From positions 1-64,000 of the IMG/VR virus record IMGVR_UViG_3300023179_000093: a stretch of 64,000 nucleotides of DNA; one strand, given 5' to 3'. The notes under the pieces were generated by a model. That model saw nothing but the letters and a program-made list of their open reading frames with translations. It was not told the origin of the DNA and made no database searches. This DNA comes from a virus. Of the stretch, positions 19,280-28,307 are shown piece by piece. The translations under genes were made by a program, and so were the position numbers. Numbering within the stretch: position 1 is the stretch's first letter; each line of letters begins with the position of its first letter.

Positions 19280-19490
19280 CTTGAACCTCCTTGGTTAATG
19301 ATTTCCATTTGATCGTGTTGCGTAAGTAAATGTTTCTTTCCTCGGCGTAGGCCAAGTCGTGAAAGACGGATGAAGACACCCATCCTTTAACAAGCCAGAC
19401 AATGTGGTCTTCGATTTGCTTGGTGCTCCAGTCTGCGGGAATGGTTATGCTGACATCCATCTTCACACGGACTTCTTGGTTCATCCGCAA
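19263..19490 (-). CDS. Hypothetical protein
   Basis: Packed ORF. Confidence 0.5.
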   Translation of the reverse strand: MRMNQEVRVKMDVSITIPADWSTKQIEDHIVWLVKGWVSSSVFHDLAYAEERNIYLRNTIKWKSLTKEVQGEKES

Positions 19491-19693
19491 ACCTTAACTT
19501 TCTGTCCCTCAAAATCTAAATGCAGAACATTCTTTTCATGCCGTTTGCACCAAACTTGCAGACCTTTTTTAGTCCACCCAACCTCAAGGCTGGCGTAGGA
19601 GCGGGGGCTTTCGCCATCGGGCAGTTCGTCCAAGCAATCTCGGCAATGGAAGAATGTCTTAATCTGATTCTTGATTCGTTTGGGTGCAATCAT
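19481..19693 (-). CDS. Small putative Zn-binding protein
   Basis: HCxxC...WCxxH. Confidence 0.65.
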   Translation of the reverse strand: MIAPKRIKNQIKTFFHCRDCLDELPDGESPRSYASLEVGWTKKGLQVWCKRHEKNVLHLDFEGQKVKVCG

Positions 19694-20127
19694 CCAAGCG
19701 TCCTTCGTATGATGGTTGCTGTATCCATTGGGATTACTTCAATCTTAAGAAGATCGTCGAGTTGCTTGGTTGTTGGCGTAGGCACCCAAACAACTTCTTT
19801 CTCAAGATCCTCAATCTTGCTGACGCAATCGGCACTCTCGCCTTCGTCGTCGGTATTGACGATCAAGGTCTTGCCGGCGAGGTGAGACTGATCCGCCCAT
19901 GTAAAACGGTAGCAACCGACTTTTTCCAAGTGCTCGTCGCCCTTGATCAACCCCTCGTCATCGACAAAAGCTGTGTCGCCATTCGGCATACCGAAACAAG
20001 TAAAGCAACTGCACTCCAACAGATCGTTGATCTTTCGGTAGTCTTTCTTGGGGAAAGATACTTCCGTGATTGACCGAGCTTTGGGGTCAATGAGTATTCC
20101 TTTAACCTTAAGCTGAGGTGTAGCCAT
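19690..20127 (-). CDS. DUF3846-like protein
   Basis: ILIDP...FVDDEGL...LAG. Confidence 0.65.
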   Translation of the reverse strand: MATPQLKVKGILIDPKARSITEVSFPKKDYRKINDLLECSCFTCFGMPNGDTAFVDDEGLIKGDEHLEKVGCYRFTWADQSHLAGKTLIVNTDDEGESADCVSKIEDLEKEVVWVPTPTTKQLDDLLKIEVIPMDTATIIRRTLG

Positions 20128-20128
20128 A

Positions 20129-20590
20129 TTAGTATTCTCCTTTCATCCCATACGCACTACGCATTGGGTTTGTTTCTTGGATGTCTTCCGCAAAGCTGTG
20201 AGCTTTCTGATTAACCGACACGCACTGGTTGACTTCATCAAGCCAGTCGGACTTCTCTTCGGGTAGCTTCTCGGTTCGCCCCATCCATGTCTGTGGTCGG
20301 ATGTTGCAGAACCAATCTTGTATCGAGGGGATCCGCCCCAAGTCCTCCTTCACATGTTGCTCGGCCACCCATCGGGTGGGGATCATTCGGCCATCGCTGT
20401 TCTTGATGGCGTGGCCAAAGATCCGTTCAGCCATGAAGCAACCCTCGGCATGGTGACGAAGGGCACGATGGCGGAAGTCGGCCATCATCATCTTGCTTTC
20501 GTCAAACCAATCGTGGATGGCTTGGTAGTCTTCGGGTTTGCCACCCCACTTCCTGGCTGAACTGACTGCGTGATGGTAGGGATTAGCCAT
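20129..20590 (-). CDS. DUF6915-like protein
   Basis: PYHHA.SS..KWGG..EDY..IH.WFD.SK, RHRALRHH.EG, EQHV.ED. Confidence 0.75.
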   Translation of the reverse strand: MANPYHHAVSSARKWGGKPEDYQAIHDWFDESKMMMADFRHRALRHHAEGCFMAERIFGHAIKNSDGRMIPTRWVAEQHVKEDLGRIPSIQDWFCNIRPQTWMGRTEKLPEEKSDWLDEVNQCVSVNQKAHSFAEDIQETNPMRSAYGMKGEY

Positions 20591-20786
20591 TGGTCGGATG
20601 AGGAAGGACTCCTTCAACGCAGCTATGCAATACTTCACCAAAGGTTTGGTCGTAGTATTTGGACATACGCTCGACGATGAGATTGAATCCTTCCTTGGTT
20701 AATCCCGAGTCGTCGTAGCCCAACTCCTTCAAATCGTGAGAGGTGAGGGTAACAACTGGGGCGTGATGGAACAACCGAGTGCTCAT
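20583..20786 (-). CDS. Hypothetical protein
   Basis: Packed ORF. Confidence 0.55.
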   Translation of the reverse strand: MSTRLFHHAPVVTLTSHDLKELGYDDSGLTKEGFNLIVERMSKYYDQTFGEVLHSCVEGVLPHPTNG

Positions 20787-21331
20787 TAGTAGGTTTCCTC
20801 GGATGTGTTGACTTCCTCGATCCGCTCGTTGTAGGTCAGTTCAATCTGATCATTGTCGAGCGTCCAACTGAAGGTTCCGTAAGACCCCGAGTTGATTTCC
20901 CATCCGCCATGCTCCGACTCAAGGATTCGGTAGAACAAATCCTCCAGTGCTTCTTCCAGCGTGGCTTCCTTGGTGATTTCCTTTGGGTGTCCGTCGGCAA
21001 ACGACCATCCTTGGTTGATCATAATCCCTTCGATGGACGACTTGAGTTGTTCGTCGGGCAAGGTGATCTTAACTTCTTCAACACCTTTGTTGGTCTTCTT
21101 GTTCTTAAAGAATTCGGAAGACTCAAACGAACCGCTGTCGCCACAACCATCAAAGGTTGCCTCGACACGCTGGACACCTAGCTGGGTAAGAATCTCCCGC
21201 AGAACTCCACGACTATCCTTGGCTCTCTTGCGGTGAATCTCCCGCTCCTTGGCAATCCCTTCGTAGATACTTGCCATATCTACCTCAAGTTTCTTGGTTT
21301 TCTTTGGCATATTGTTTCCTTTCTTTAGCAA
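20786..21331 (-). CDS. DUF6878-like protein
   Basis: FDGCGDSG and GWEIN.GSYG motifs. Confidence 0.7.
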   Translation of the reverse strand: MLKKGNNMPKKTKKLEVDMASIYEGIAKEREIHRKRAKDSRGVLREILTQLGVQRVEATFDGCGDSGSFESSEFFKNKKTNKGVEEVKITLPDEQLKSSIEGIMINQGWSFADGHPKEITKEATLEEALEDLFYRILESEHGGWEINSGSYGTFSWTLDNDQIELTYNERIEEVNTSEETY

Positions 21332-22680
21332 TCAAGGGGGCCAATCAGCCTTGGGCCGATGTGGGTTGCCCCATTGGTTAACTTCTTGAGATACTCAATG
21401 GTCTCTTCGACCGTCTCCGTCATTACCGCCTTGGCCTTGATGGCTAAGGCACGAGCCTCGGCAGTCAGATGGGCGTAGCCACAATCGTCGTGACCCGAGG
21501 TGACGCCCCCGTCACACATCCAGACCACCGCCTCGTTGGCAAACCGCTTGGCCGCAATCGCCCAGCGTAAGGCTGGGCCATCGACGCCGTTGCCACCGCC
21601 GTTCTTGGTCGGAAGTTTGTCCACCATCTTGCCGTCCTTGGCCAAGATCCAGAAGTTGGGGACATTCTTGGAGCCGTCTTTGTGGGCGTAGGCGGCAATC
21701 GTAGCTCCAGGTGCTGCGTTAAGGATCTTGAGGATGTCGGAACTTTCAAGCGACATCGATCCCGACCAGTCGATCAAGACAACCCCGCCTTTGTTCCGCT
21801 TCATCCGATCAAAGATCCGCTTGTAGGGATCAGTGAGCAGACGATGCAAACGGCGTGGGCTACGACCCGATTGCGAACACACCTTGATACGACCCATGTC
21901 TCCGTTGTGCATCTTGGTGAGGGGAGCTCTGCCGTGGCAAAGAGGAGCGAAAGCTCCTCGTCCGTCGTCATCGCTGTCGCAATGTCGTATGTTTGGAATA
22001 GGCATTTGCCCGGTTTCGGAAGCCAGAGCAATATACTTGTCCAAGATGGCGGCGATTCGCTCGGTGACTTCAAAGCCACGAGTCATGGGAACCTTCCGCT
22101 TCCGACCATCAAAGGATCGATCGCTGGTCAATATGCTGGAGCAGTTTTCGAGGATGGTTTCGATTTGCGAATTGATGCAATCAAAACCCTCCAGCATGGA
22201 CTTGTCGCCCAACTCAAGGGCGGCTTTCTTCACGCCATTTCGGAAGTCTTCCTGACCCGCCGTGCCATGAGTAGCTGCGATGCCTTTGATTAAGGTTCGC
22301 CAGTCTTTATGCTTGGCTGACTCGTAGCCAGTCGTCTCGTCGGTGGGGTCGAAGAGATGGAGGTGAGGCTTAAAGCCCTCTATCTCGAGAGCTTTGTTAA
22401 CCCGACACTCCTCGGCAAACATCAACGATTCAAGGCTGGCTTTCTTTCGTTGCACCCAACCCGTCACATCCTTGGGGCTGATGCGAATGTGCATCAACTC
22501 GTGGGCACGAATGCAACGAGCCGTCTCGTCGGCATCCAAGGGAACCCGAATCGTATGGGTGGCGATGCAGGTCTTGGGAGCTCCTCGCATCGTCATACAT
22601 CGGGCGATGTCCCATACCTCATTGTCGCCACGCTTGTTGCCAGCTTGGCGTATGAACTCTGGGAAGATTGCGTTACTCAT
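21325..22680 (-). CDS. Metallopeptidase-like/VWA domain protein (MoxR partner)
   Basis: HELMH zincin motif, MIDAS DWSGSM, GGGNG.DG and CDG. Confidence 0.8.
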   Translation of the reverse strand: MSNAIFPEFIRQAGNKRGDNEVWDIARCMTMRGAPKTCIATHTIRVPLDADETARCIRAHELMHIRISPKDVTGWVQRKKASLESLMFAEECRVNKALEIEGFKPHLHLFDPTDETTGYESAKHKDWRTLIKGIAATHGTAGQEDFRNGVKKAALELGDKSMLEGFDCINSQIETILENCSSILTSDRSFDGRKRKVPMTRGFEVTERIAAILDKYIALASETGQMPIPNIRHCDSDDDGRGAFAPLCHGRAPLTKMHNGDMGRIKVCSQSGRSPRRLHRLLTDPYKRIFDRMKRNKGGVVLIDWSGSMSLESSDILKILNAAPGATIAAYAHKDGSKNVPNFWILAKDGKMVDKLPTKNGGGNGVDGPALRWAIAAKRFANEAVVWMCDGGVTSGHDDCGYAHLTAEARALAIKAKAVMTETVEETIEYLKKLTNGATHIGPRLIGPLDC

Positions 22681-22713
22681 CGTTACCTCCTTTCAGCGAA
22701 GGTTGAAGGTTGG

Positions 22714-23454
22714 TTAGTCGTTAACTTGATCGATCTTGATGGCGTCCAAGAAGTCGGTGGCTCGGTCAGCGAACAGCAACACCGCCGCTCTCTCGGCTCC
22801 GACAGACTTGCGAAGATTGTCGAAGGCGTAGAAGGAACGGAGGTCAATGCGACGCTCACCCAAGTCAGCTGACCGCTCGGCGTAAACACGAAGGTCAGAC
22901 GACAACTTCTCCAACGCCGTCTTGTGGGGTTTGTTGACCCGAACACGGATCGGGAAGCGGGAACGGATGGCCTCGGGCAAGTCCTCAAGGTTCTCCAGAT
23001 TGGTGGTCATCACCACGCTGAAGCCTTTCTTGGGGGTCTCAACCTCGCCAGTCTGGGGATTCTCCCACTTGCAGGACTCGGGGCTGTCGGTCATGGCAAG
23101 AAGCGTGGCAAACACATCGCCCCCCGCCTTGTCGATCTCGTCGACAATCAAGCGACCGCCAGTCCGCCATGCCTTGACCGCTTGGCCTTCGTGCCAAGAG
23201 AAAGTGCCTTTGTCGTTGGGCATCCAAGCCCCAGTGACATCGGCGTTGGTCATGTCGGGAGTGCAGATGAGACGGAAGGTCGGACGATCCCCAGTCTGCA
23301 TCGTCAAGCCAGCGTAGGTCTTGCCAGTTCCAGGAGGTCCGTAAAGGACAAGGCGATCAACGCCAGCCTTGAATGCGTCCTCAATGTCGACCCAGCAATC
23401 CGTGTTGCGGGTTGTGATGGTCTTCTTCTTTGTCGTGGTGGTGGTGGTAGCCAT
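22714..23454 (-). CDS. MoxR/CobS-like AAA+ ATPase
   Basis: Walker A GPPGTGKT, Walker B IVDEID, TTN sensor, SRF Arg finger. Confidence 0.88.
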   Translation of the reverse strand: MATTTTTTKKKTITTRNTDCWVDIEDAFKAGVDRLVLYGPPGTGKTYAGLTMQTGDRPTFRLICTPDMTNADVTGAWMPNDKGTFSWHEGQAVKAWRTGGRLIVDEIDKAGGDVFATLLAMTDSPESCKWENPQTGEVETPKKGFSVVMTTNLENLEDLPEAIRSRFPIRVRVNKPHKTALEKLSSDLRVYAERSADLGERRIDLRSFYAFDNLRKSVGAERAAVLLFADRATDFLDAIKIDQVND

Positions 23455-23480
23455 AGGTGTCTTACTCCTTTCGGTTGGGG

Positions 23481-23900
23481 TTATTCGGCTTGCTTCTGTC
23501 GCAACGCCTCTTGGGCGTCGTTCTTCTTGGCCTCAAGGATGGACTCCTTGAGATCGTCACGCATCTTGCGGAGGAAATCTGGCATAGCTTCGAGTGCCTC
23601 TGGACTAAGATCGCTGTCGTCCATGAGTGCAGTCGCCGAGACGGTGATCATCATCACCACTCGTTGGAAGATGCTCTTGTCACGAGAGGCGAGGTGACCC
23701 AAGGCGGCAATCGCGGCTTTGACCTCACGGCCTTCCGCAGATGCCGGCCCACCAGTCACCTTGCATGCAATCGTCATCAACAGCTTCAGCAAGGCCTCGT
23801 CTTGAGTGTCCTTGGTAGCCTTGATGCTGATGCAATTCATCTCTTCCATCATCCCACCTTCGTGGGAATCGTCGTCTTTTGTGAACTTGATTCTGCTCAT
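23481..23900 (-). CDS. Hypothetical protein
   Basis: AGGAG RBS; helical ORF. Confidence 0.6.
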   Translation of the reverse strand: MSRIKFTKDDDSHEGGMMEEMNCISIKATKDTQDEALLKLLMTIACKVTGGPASAEGREVKAAIAALGHLASRDKSIFQRVVMMITVSATALMDDSDLSPEALEAMPDFLRKMRDDLKESILEAKKNDAQEALRQKQAE

Positions 23901-23969
23901 TGTAGTAAGTTCTCCTTGTCTTGACTCGACAGGATCCGGATATGGCAGGATTCTGTCAAGATAAGATTG

Positions 23970-24227
23970 TTAAATGCTTCGTCCGCCAGCGAACAACACA
24001 TTCCGTAAGGTGGATCGCTGGCCTATCCGCCTTGAATACCGACGCAAATCAGTGAAGGTTTCGGGAGCCATCAACTCAATCGACGCACCAGTCTTGTGGG
24101 CGTAGACCATTGAACCCTTGTATCTGGGTGTTGGGTTCTTCGTCGCACAAGACAAGCAGTAGAGGAGATCAAGATCCCTTCGTGCCTTCTCCGTGGGCTT
24201 GTTGCAGCAAGGGCAAAGGTTGCTCAT
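23970..24227 (-). CDS. C4 zinc-finger protein
   Basis: CPCC...R.....YCLSC. Confidence 0.65.
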   Translation of the reverse strand: MSNLCPCCNKPTEKARRDLDLLYCLSCATKNPTPRYKGSMVYAHKTGASIELMAPETFTDLRRYSRRIGQRSTLRNVLFAGGRSI

Positions 24228-24370
24228 GCTCTAACCTTGCGAACTCTGGCTTGATCGTCCCACTCCCAGCCTTCGGCAATTAAGAAGTGGTAGGCTCGGT
24301 TCAAGTCCTTGAAACGCTTGATGACATTGAACCTTCCGACTCGGTTATCCCAATAGATTACTTCAAACAT
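24224..24370 (-). CDS. Small hypothetical protein (48 aa, not in ORF track)
   Basis: GGAGG RBS; MFEVIYWDNR...; ATGA coupling to the next gene. Confidence 0.55.
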   Translation of the reverse strand: MFEVIYWDNRVGRFNVIKRFKDLNRAYHFLIAEGWEWDDQARVRKVRA

Positions 24371-24552
24371 ACGACCTCCTCGTAGGAATCAAAGATGCGA
24401 GTGCATTCGCTATTGATTCGGTTGAGTATCTTGTGGAGCTTCTCGTTCTCTTGTTCCACAAAGCTCAGCCTTTCACGAAGCCCATCGATGCACAGATAGG
24501 CATCTCGAAGCTGATGCTCTGGGATGAGGGGCAAAGGTTGAAGGTTCGCCAT
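24358..24552 (-). CDS. Hypothetical coiled-coil protein
   Basis: Packed ORF. Confidence 0.55.
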   Translation of the reverse strand: MANLQPLPLIPEHQLRDAYLCIDGLRERLSFVEQENEKLHKILNRINSECTRIFDSYEEVVCLK

Positions 24553-24556
24553 TGGA

Positions 24557-24796
24557 CTAGGCCTTCAAAGGAACATAGGTTCCATCAGCAGCCATCAGTG
24601 CCAGCTTGCTGGCATCGGGGAACGCACTGATGATCCTTGCCCAGTGCATCACTTCCTCACGGCAGTCGCTGATGTAATGGTGACGGAGACCAGAGACTGG
24701 TCGTCCGTTCCTCAAGACGATCCAGTTCGTCTTGGGGTGCAACCGATTCAGTGTCTTGTTGATGGTGGCGTTGTCTCTCCATTGTCCGAGTTTCAT
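24557..24796 (-). CDS. Hypothetical protein
   Basis: AGGAG RBS. Confidence 0.55.
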   Translation of the reverse strand: MKLGQWRDNATINKTLNRLHPKTNWIVLRNGRPVSGLRHHYISDCREEVMHWARIISAFPDASKLALMAADGTYVPLKA

Positions 24797-24836
24797 ATGT
24801 CTTGACTCCTTGGTGTCCTTCTGTTACAAGTAGTAG

Positions 24837-25433
24837 ATGCCGAAGGACTTGGGCATCGACTGGAAACTGGTTGAAGCGGAATACATGAGAGGCACTCGCC
24901 TCTCTGAGATTCAAAGGTTGTATTCTTTGAATCCTGGGACTCTTAAATCCAGAATGAGAAGGGGCGGATGGGCTTCAAAAAGGGTGGCGTTGATAGAAGC
25001 AACCCAAGTCAAAGCGACCCAGAAAAGTGTGCAAACGCTGGCCAATCGAGCCAGCGGATATCTGGAAAGGGTAGTAAAGCAAGTTGACCGAGGGTTGGAG
25101 GTTCTTGAGACGCAACCTCCAGCCAGTGTCAAGGAAGTGGATGCACACTTCGAAGCTCTCAACAAAATTGACAAGATTGCTAGGCCAGCGTTGGGGCTGA
25201 ACGACCAAGCAAACGGAACGAACAAGGGAATTGTCAATATTGCGATTTTACAAGGGGTTGCAGAAGCTCCAGTTGTCAAGATTTGTCAAGACAACGAGGC
25301 GAACAGAGAAACCCATTGGGTTGGAACCCCAATTAGGCAAACGATTCAGTCCAATCCCCAGTCCTCTGAACCTTTGCCCCACGCCGACGGAGTTGACGAT
25401 CGTAGTTCGTCCCATTCCGATCTGCCTTCCTAA
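24837..25433 (+). CDS. Terminase small subunit-like HTH protein
   Basis: DW..VEAEY..G..LSEI...Y.L...TL.SR..RGGW N-terminal HTH followed by helices. Confidence 0.65.
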   Translation: MPKDLGIDWKLVEAEYMRGTRLSEIQRLYSLNPGTLKSRMRRGGWASKRVALIEATQVKATQKSVQTLANRASGYLERVVKQVDRGLEVLETQPPASVKEVDAHFEALNKIDKIARPALGLNDQANGTNKGIVNIAILQGVAEAPVVKICQDNEANRETHWVGTPIRQTIQSNPQSSEPLPHADGVDDRSSSHSDLPS

Positions 25434-25689
25434 TGGCTTGGAATCGCTCCTCAAAGGCCATAGCAGCGAGGCTCCTAGACTTGGTAGGCTTGGCGTAGTG
25501 GTAAGTGCATTCCTTGGCCATTATGGCCTTCTTCTTTAGCCCCCAGAGGGTCTTGCGGTCAGAGTAAAGTTCAAGCCGATAACAAGCGTCAAGGGTTGGG
25601 GAAGGCTTGCAACCAGCGACAAGGGAATTGTTAATCGTTCTGTCGGGGTATCCAGCAAGTATCAGTTGTTCTCGTAGGCTTTTATTCAT
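25333..25689 (-). CDS. Hypothetical protein
   Basis: GGAGG RBS. Confidence 0.5.
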   Translation of the reverse strand: MNKSLREQLILAGYPDRTINNSLVAGCKPSPTLDACYRLELYSDRKTLWGLKKKAIMAKECTYHYAKPTKSRSLAAMAFEERFQAIRKADRNGTNYDRQLRRRGAKVQRTGDWTESFA

Positions 25690-25712
25690 ATGACCTCCAG
25701 GAATTAAAGGTT

Positions 25713-25750
25713 AAAAAAAGAAACACCGAGGGGGATTGAACCCCTCGGTG
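25713..25750 (-). terminator. Intrinsic terminator
   Basis: CACCGAGGGG/CCCCTCGGTG stem followed by a U-rich run on the minus strand. Confidence 0.8.
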
Positions 25751-25767
25751 CTTCGGTGAACCGATCC

Positions 25768-26085
25768 TTAAACCAAGGATTCGGTGAAAGTCCCAACCTT
25801 CTGCGGTTTGGAAGGGGCTTGGGTCTTCGGAGGAATCGAGATACCGATCCTCACAAAGAACTTACGATCACCAGCAGTGACCATTTGACCAGCCTTGGAC
25901 AAACCAAAGGGGGTCAGATTTGTCCAACCAGTGTCACCAGTTGAACTATGACTCCGAAGGTAATCACCACTGAAGACAAAGGCCACATAGTCTTTGTCGC
26001 CTTCCTTAAAGGCAACTGCTCCCCAATTTCCAGCCAGTGATTTAATCAGATTACTAATTGCTTTCATATACTTATACACCTCCAT
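25768..26085 (-). CDS. Hypothetical protein, first gene of the leftward arm
   Basis: GGAGG RBS before the internal MKAISN start; followed by the terminator. Confidence 0.6.
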   Translation of the reverse strand: MEVYKYMKAISNLIKSLAGNWGAVAFKEGDKDYVAFVFSGDYLRSHSSTGDTGWTNLTPFGLSKAGQMVTAGDRKFFVRIGISIPPKTQAPSKPQKVGTFTESLV

Positions 26086-26355
26086 ATTTAAGGGTTAATT
26101 TTATTGGCAACCGATCTTCGGTGGCCAACACCTCGACGGCGACCGACCGAAAAAACCCGACCGACCCCCACCGCAAAAACCCCGAAGGGGTTTTTGAACC
26201 CTGGTAATAACAATAGATATAAGAATTACCTACCACCCTCCCCAGTATATACCCCCCTTTTTATATAGGAGGTTTCGCGGGGGGTGATGTAAAAAATTTA
26301 ATTTTGTTTTTCCCGACCCGACTAGACAAAGCGATCGGGTTGATACAATCGAAGT

Positions 26356-26613
26356 ATGCCGCTGGGAAAAGCAAACATGCCTTGCAACAAGCCGCGTAAA
26401 AGCACACGGCCCGGTAAGAAGATGATGGTCAAAGCCTGCGAAGGCGGGAAAGAGAAGCTCGTGCATTTCGGGGATAGTTCGATGAAGGACTATCGCCAGC
26501 ATCGAAGCGAAAAGCGTCGCAAAAGCTATTGCGCCAGGAGCGGAGGAATCAAGGGTGGCAATGGAAAGCTCTCCGCAAATTACTGGGCACGGAAAGTTCT
26601 TTGGAGCTGCTGA
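26356..26613 (+). CDS. Small basic protein (DUF5754/DUF6321-like)
   Basis: K.VHFG...DY..H....RRKSYCAR...SANYWA..VLW. Confidence 0.7.
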   Translation: MPLGKANMPCNKPRKSTRPGKKMMVKACEGGKEKLVHFGDSSMKDYRQHRSEKRRKSYCARSGGIKGGNGKLSANYWARKVLWSC

Positions 26614-26759
26614 TGAAAGCTTTTTGGGACAAGGAAAATCCCTCTCGTAAAAGCAAGAAGCTGTCCCCAAGAGATGTGGCTTGGGCTAGGGCACGAGCCA
26701 AAAAGGCTGGCCGCAAATACCCAAACCTCATCGACAACGCTGCGGCGGCTAGGAGATAA
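26613..26759 (+). CDS. Small basic phage protein
   Basis: MKAFWDK...ARAKKAGRKYPNLIDN; TGATG coupling. Confidence 0.6.
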   Translation: MKAFWDKENPSRKSKKLSPRDVAWARARAKKAGRKYPNLIDNAAAARR

Positions 26760-26764
26760 CCGAT

Positions 26765-27013
26765 ATGCCTCTCGGAAGAAATTATGCTCGTGAGTACGCC
26801 AAGTACCACAGTTCAGCCAGGGCAAAAAAAGATAGGGCGGCAAGAAACAACGCCCGTAGAAAGGCCATCCGTGCTGGGCTGGTGCGAAAGGGGGACAAGC
26901 GAGACATCGACCACAAGGACGGAAACCCACAAAACAATCGCCCCAGCAATCTTCGAGTTATGGCTCGAGGGTTGAATCGTGGTCGAAACAACAATACCTG
27001 GAGACGAGGTTGA
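26765..27013 (+). CDS. HNH endonuclease-like protein
   Basis: DIDHKDGNP.NN..SNLRV.....NR. Confidence 0.8.
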   Translation: MPLGRNYAREYAKYHSSARAKKDRAARNNARRKAIRAGLVRKGDKRDIDHKDGNPQNNRPSNLRVMARGLNRGRNNNTWRRG

Positions 27014-27162
27014 AAGACATCGACGAGGCAGATCCCGGGGAAGTCGTTGCCATTTTAAAGTGGATGGCCGACGAGGGGTTGGTTGAGTTTGTGTGCGACG
27101 AAGAGGGTGATCTGATTGTTCGTGTGACCGAAGAAGGAAAACATTTCGAGTTCGATCGGTAA
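27010..27162 (+). CDS. Small acidic protein (not in ORF track)
   Basis: TTG start overlapping the HNH stop; L..MADEGLV...VTEEG resembles a winged-helix tail. Confidence 0.45.
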   Translation: MKDIDEADPGEVVAILKWMADEGLVEFVCDEEGDLIVRVTEEGKHFEFDR

Positions 27163-27318
27163 AAAAGTTGGGTTAGGGGAGTTGACTCCCAAAAATAAAT
27201 TTCAAGATGAGGTGATGGACAAACACCAAAAGAAACTTGAAGAACAACTCCTCATCGAAAGTTTGATCGAAAATTACGAAGCCCAACCACAAGGATGGTG
27301 TGACGAGGTTGACGAGAT

Positions 27319-27495
27319 ATGATTGGGGAGTCGGCAATCTGCGACGCTATATCGTCGCTAGGATCAACCCTAGCTCTAGTTTCCGCCACCCTAATCGCAA
27401 TGGCCATAGCTGGTGCATTTGGAGATCTTTCAGCAAAGGTTAAAAAGATATGTCCCAAAAGGGATAAAAAGAAGAAAAAGCGTACAAGTCGTTGA
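27319..27495 (+). CDS. Small membrane peptide with basic tail (not in ORF track)
   Basis: ATGA-coupled to a 35 aa ORF at 27215-27322; hydrophobic helix followed by a Lys-rich tail. Confidence 0.4.
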   Translation: MIGESAICDAISSLGSTLALVSATLIAMAIAGAFGDLSAKVKKICPKRDKKKKKRTSR

Positions 27496-27507
27496 TAGAC
27501 AAACACC

Positions 27508-27782
27508 AAGTGGGTTAAACCCTATTTTTTCAAACCCACTTGAAAACCCACTACAGCTAAGTCTTTGATTATCAATATTCAAGTGGATTAAGTGGATTTA
27601 AGTGGATTATTTTTAAGTAGAGTGTTTTATAAATATTCTGGATTTCGCCCCATTTTGCAAATTGCGCAGGAATACGACCTAAAAAATAACCCACTTAATC
27701 CACTTAACCCACTTGGGTTCTGATGGACAAGGGTTTAGGTAAGTGGGTTTTGCCGTCCAAGTGGGTTTTCCCTAACCCACTT
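27508..27782. repeat. Iteron-like array AAGTGG(G/A)TT, candidate replication origin
   Basis: Eleven exact copies in both orientations in non-coding DNA. Confidence 0.8.
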
Positions 27783-27788
27783 ATTGCC

Positions 27789-28304
27789 CTACGGAGCGTA
27801 ATTGACCTGGACTCGAGCCATCTGCAACTGCAAAGCGTCAGTTGTGATATCTTTTTGAAGCCCAATCGTAATGTAAAAAGTTTGAGTTGTATCAATCCCT
27901 AAATTTTCAAAATCAAAAGTAGATGTTGCGGCGCTTACTCCTGCCGAAGCCGATGGGTGCGAGATTTGGGAAGATTCTGAGTTTTTGTTAAAGAGCCCAA
28001 AACCACGCATTCCCACAATAGCCGTAGACGATTGAGCCCCAATATTTAGGTTAACAAATCGAGTTCCGCCAACTCCGGCTGTAGCCCCAGTGTTAGCCGA
28101 TGAGATAAAAGCCCTAATTCTTTTACCATTTGCGTTTGCAGTGCACGAAGCAAAAAGTAAGCCCTCCAAAGACCCATTTTTCCCCATGCTTCCACCTGGA
28201 ATTGTAAATGTTGTTTGAGCAACATCTGCGGTGGTTGCTGGCGTAGCCGCGAAAGAATACTCCGCAAAAACCAGCGGAGAACGGATTGGCTGGATTAACC
28301 CCAT
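27789..28304 (-). CDS. Putative virion beta-sandwich protein
   Basis: Ala/Thr/Gly-rich beta-type composition. Confidence 0.55.
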   Translation of the reverse strand: MGLIQPIRSPLVFAEYSFAATPATTADVAQTTFTIPGGSMGKNGSLEGLLFASCTANANGKRIRAFISSANTGATAGVGGTRFVNLNIGAQSSTAIVGMRGFGLFNKNSESSQISHPSASAGVSAATSTFDFENLGIDTTQTFYITIGLQKDITTDALQLQMARVQVNYAP

Positions 28305-28307
28305 AAA

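Noticed and set aside
21682-23924. Several 130-260 aa plus-strand ORFs
   Set aside because: Antisense shadows of the AAA/VWA genes.
27508-27782. CRISPR array
   Set aside because: Repeats are 9 bp, in mixed orientation, without regular spacers.
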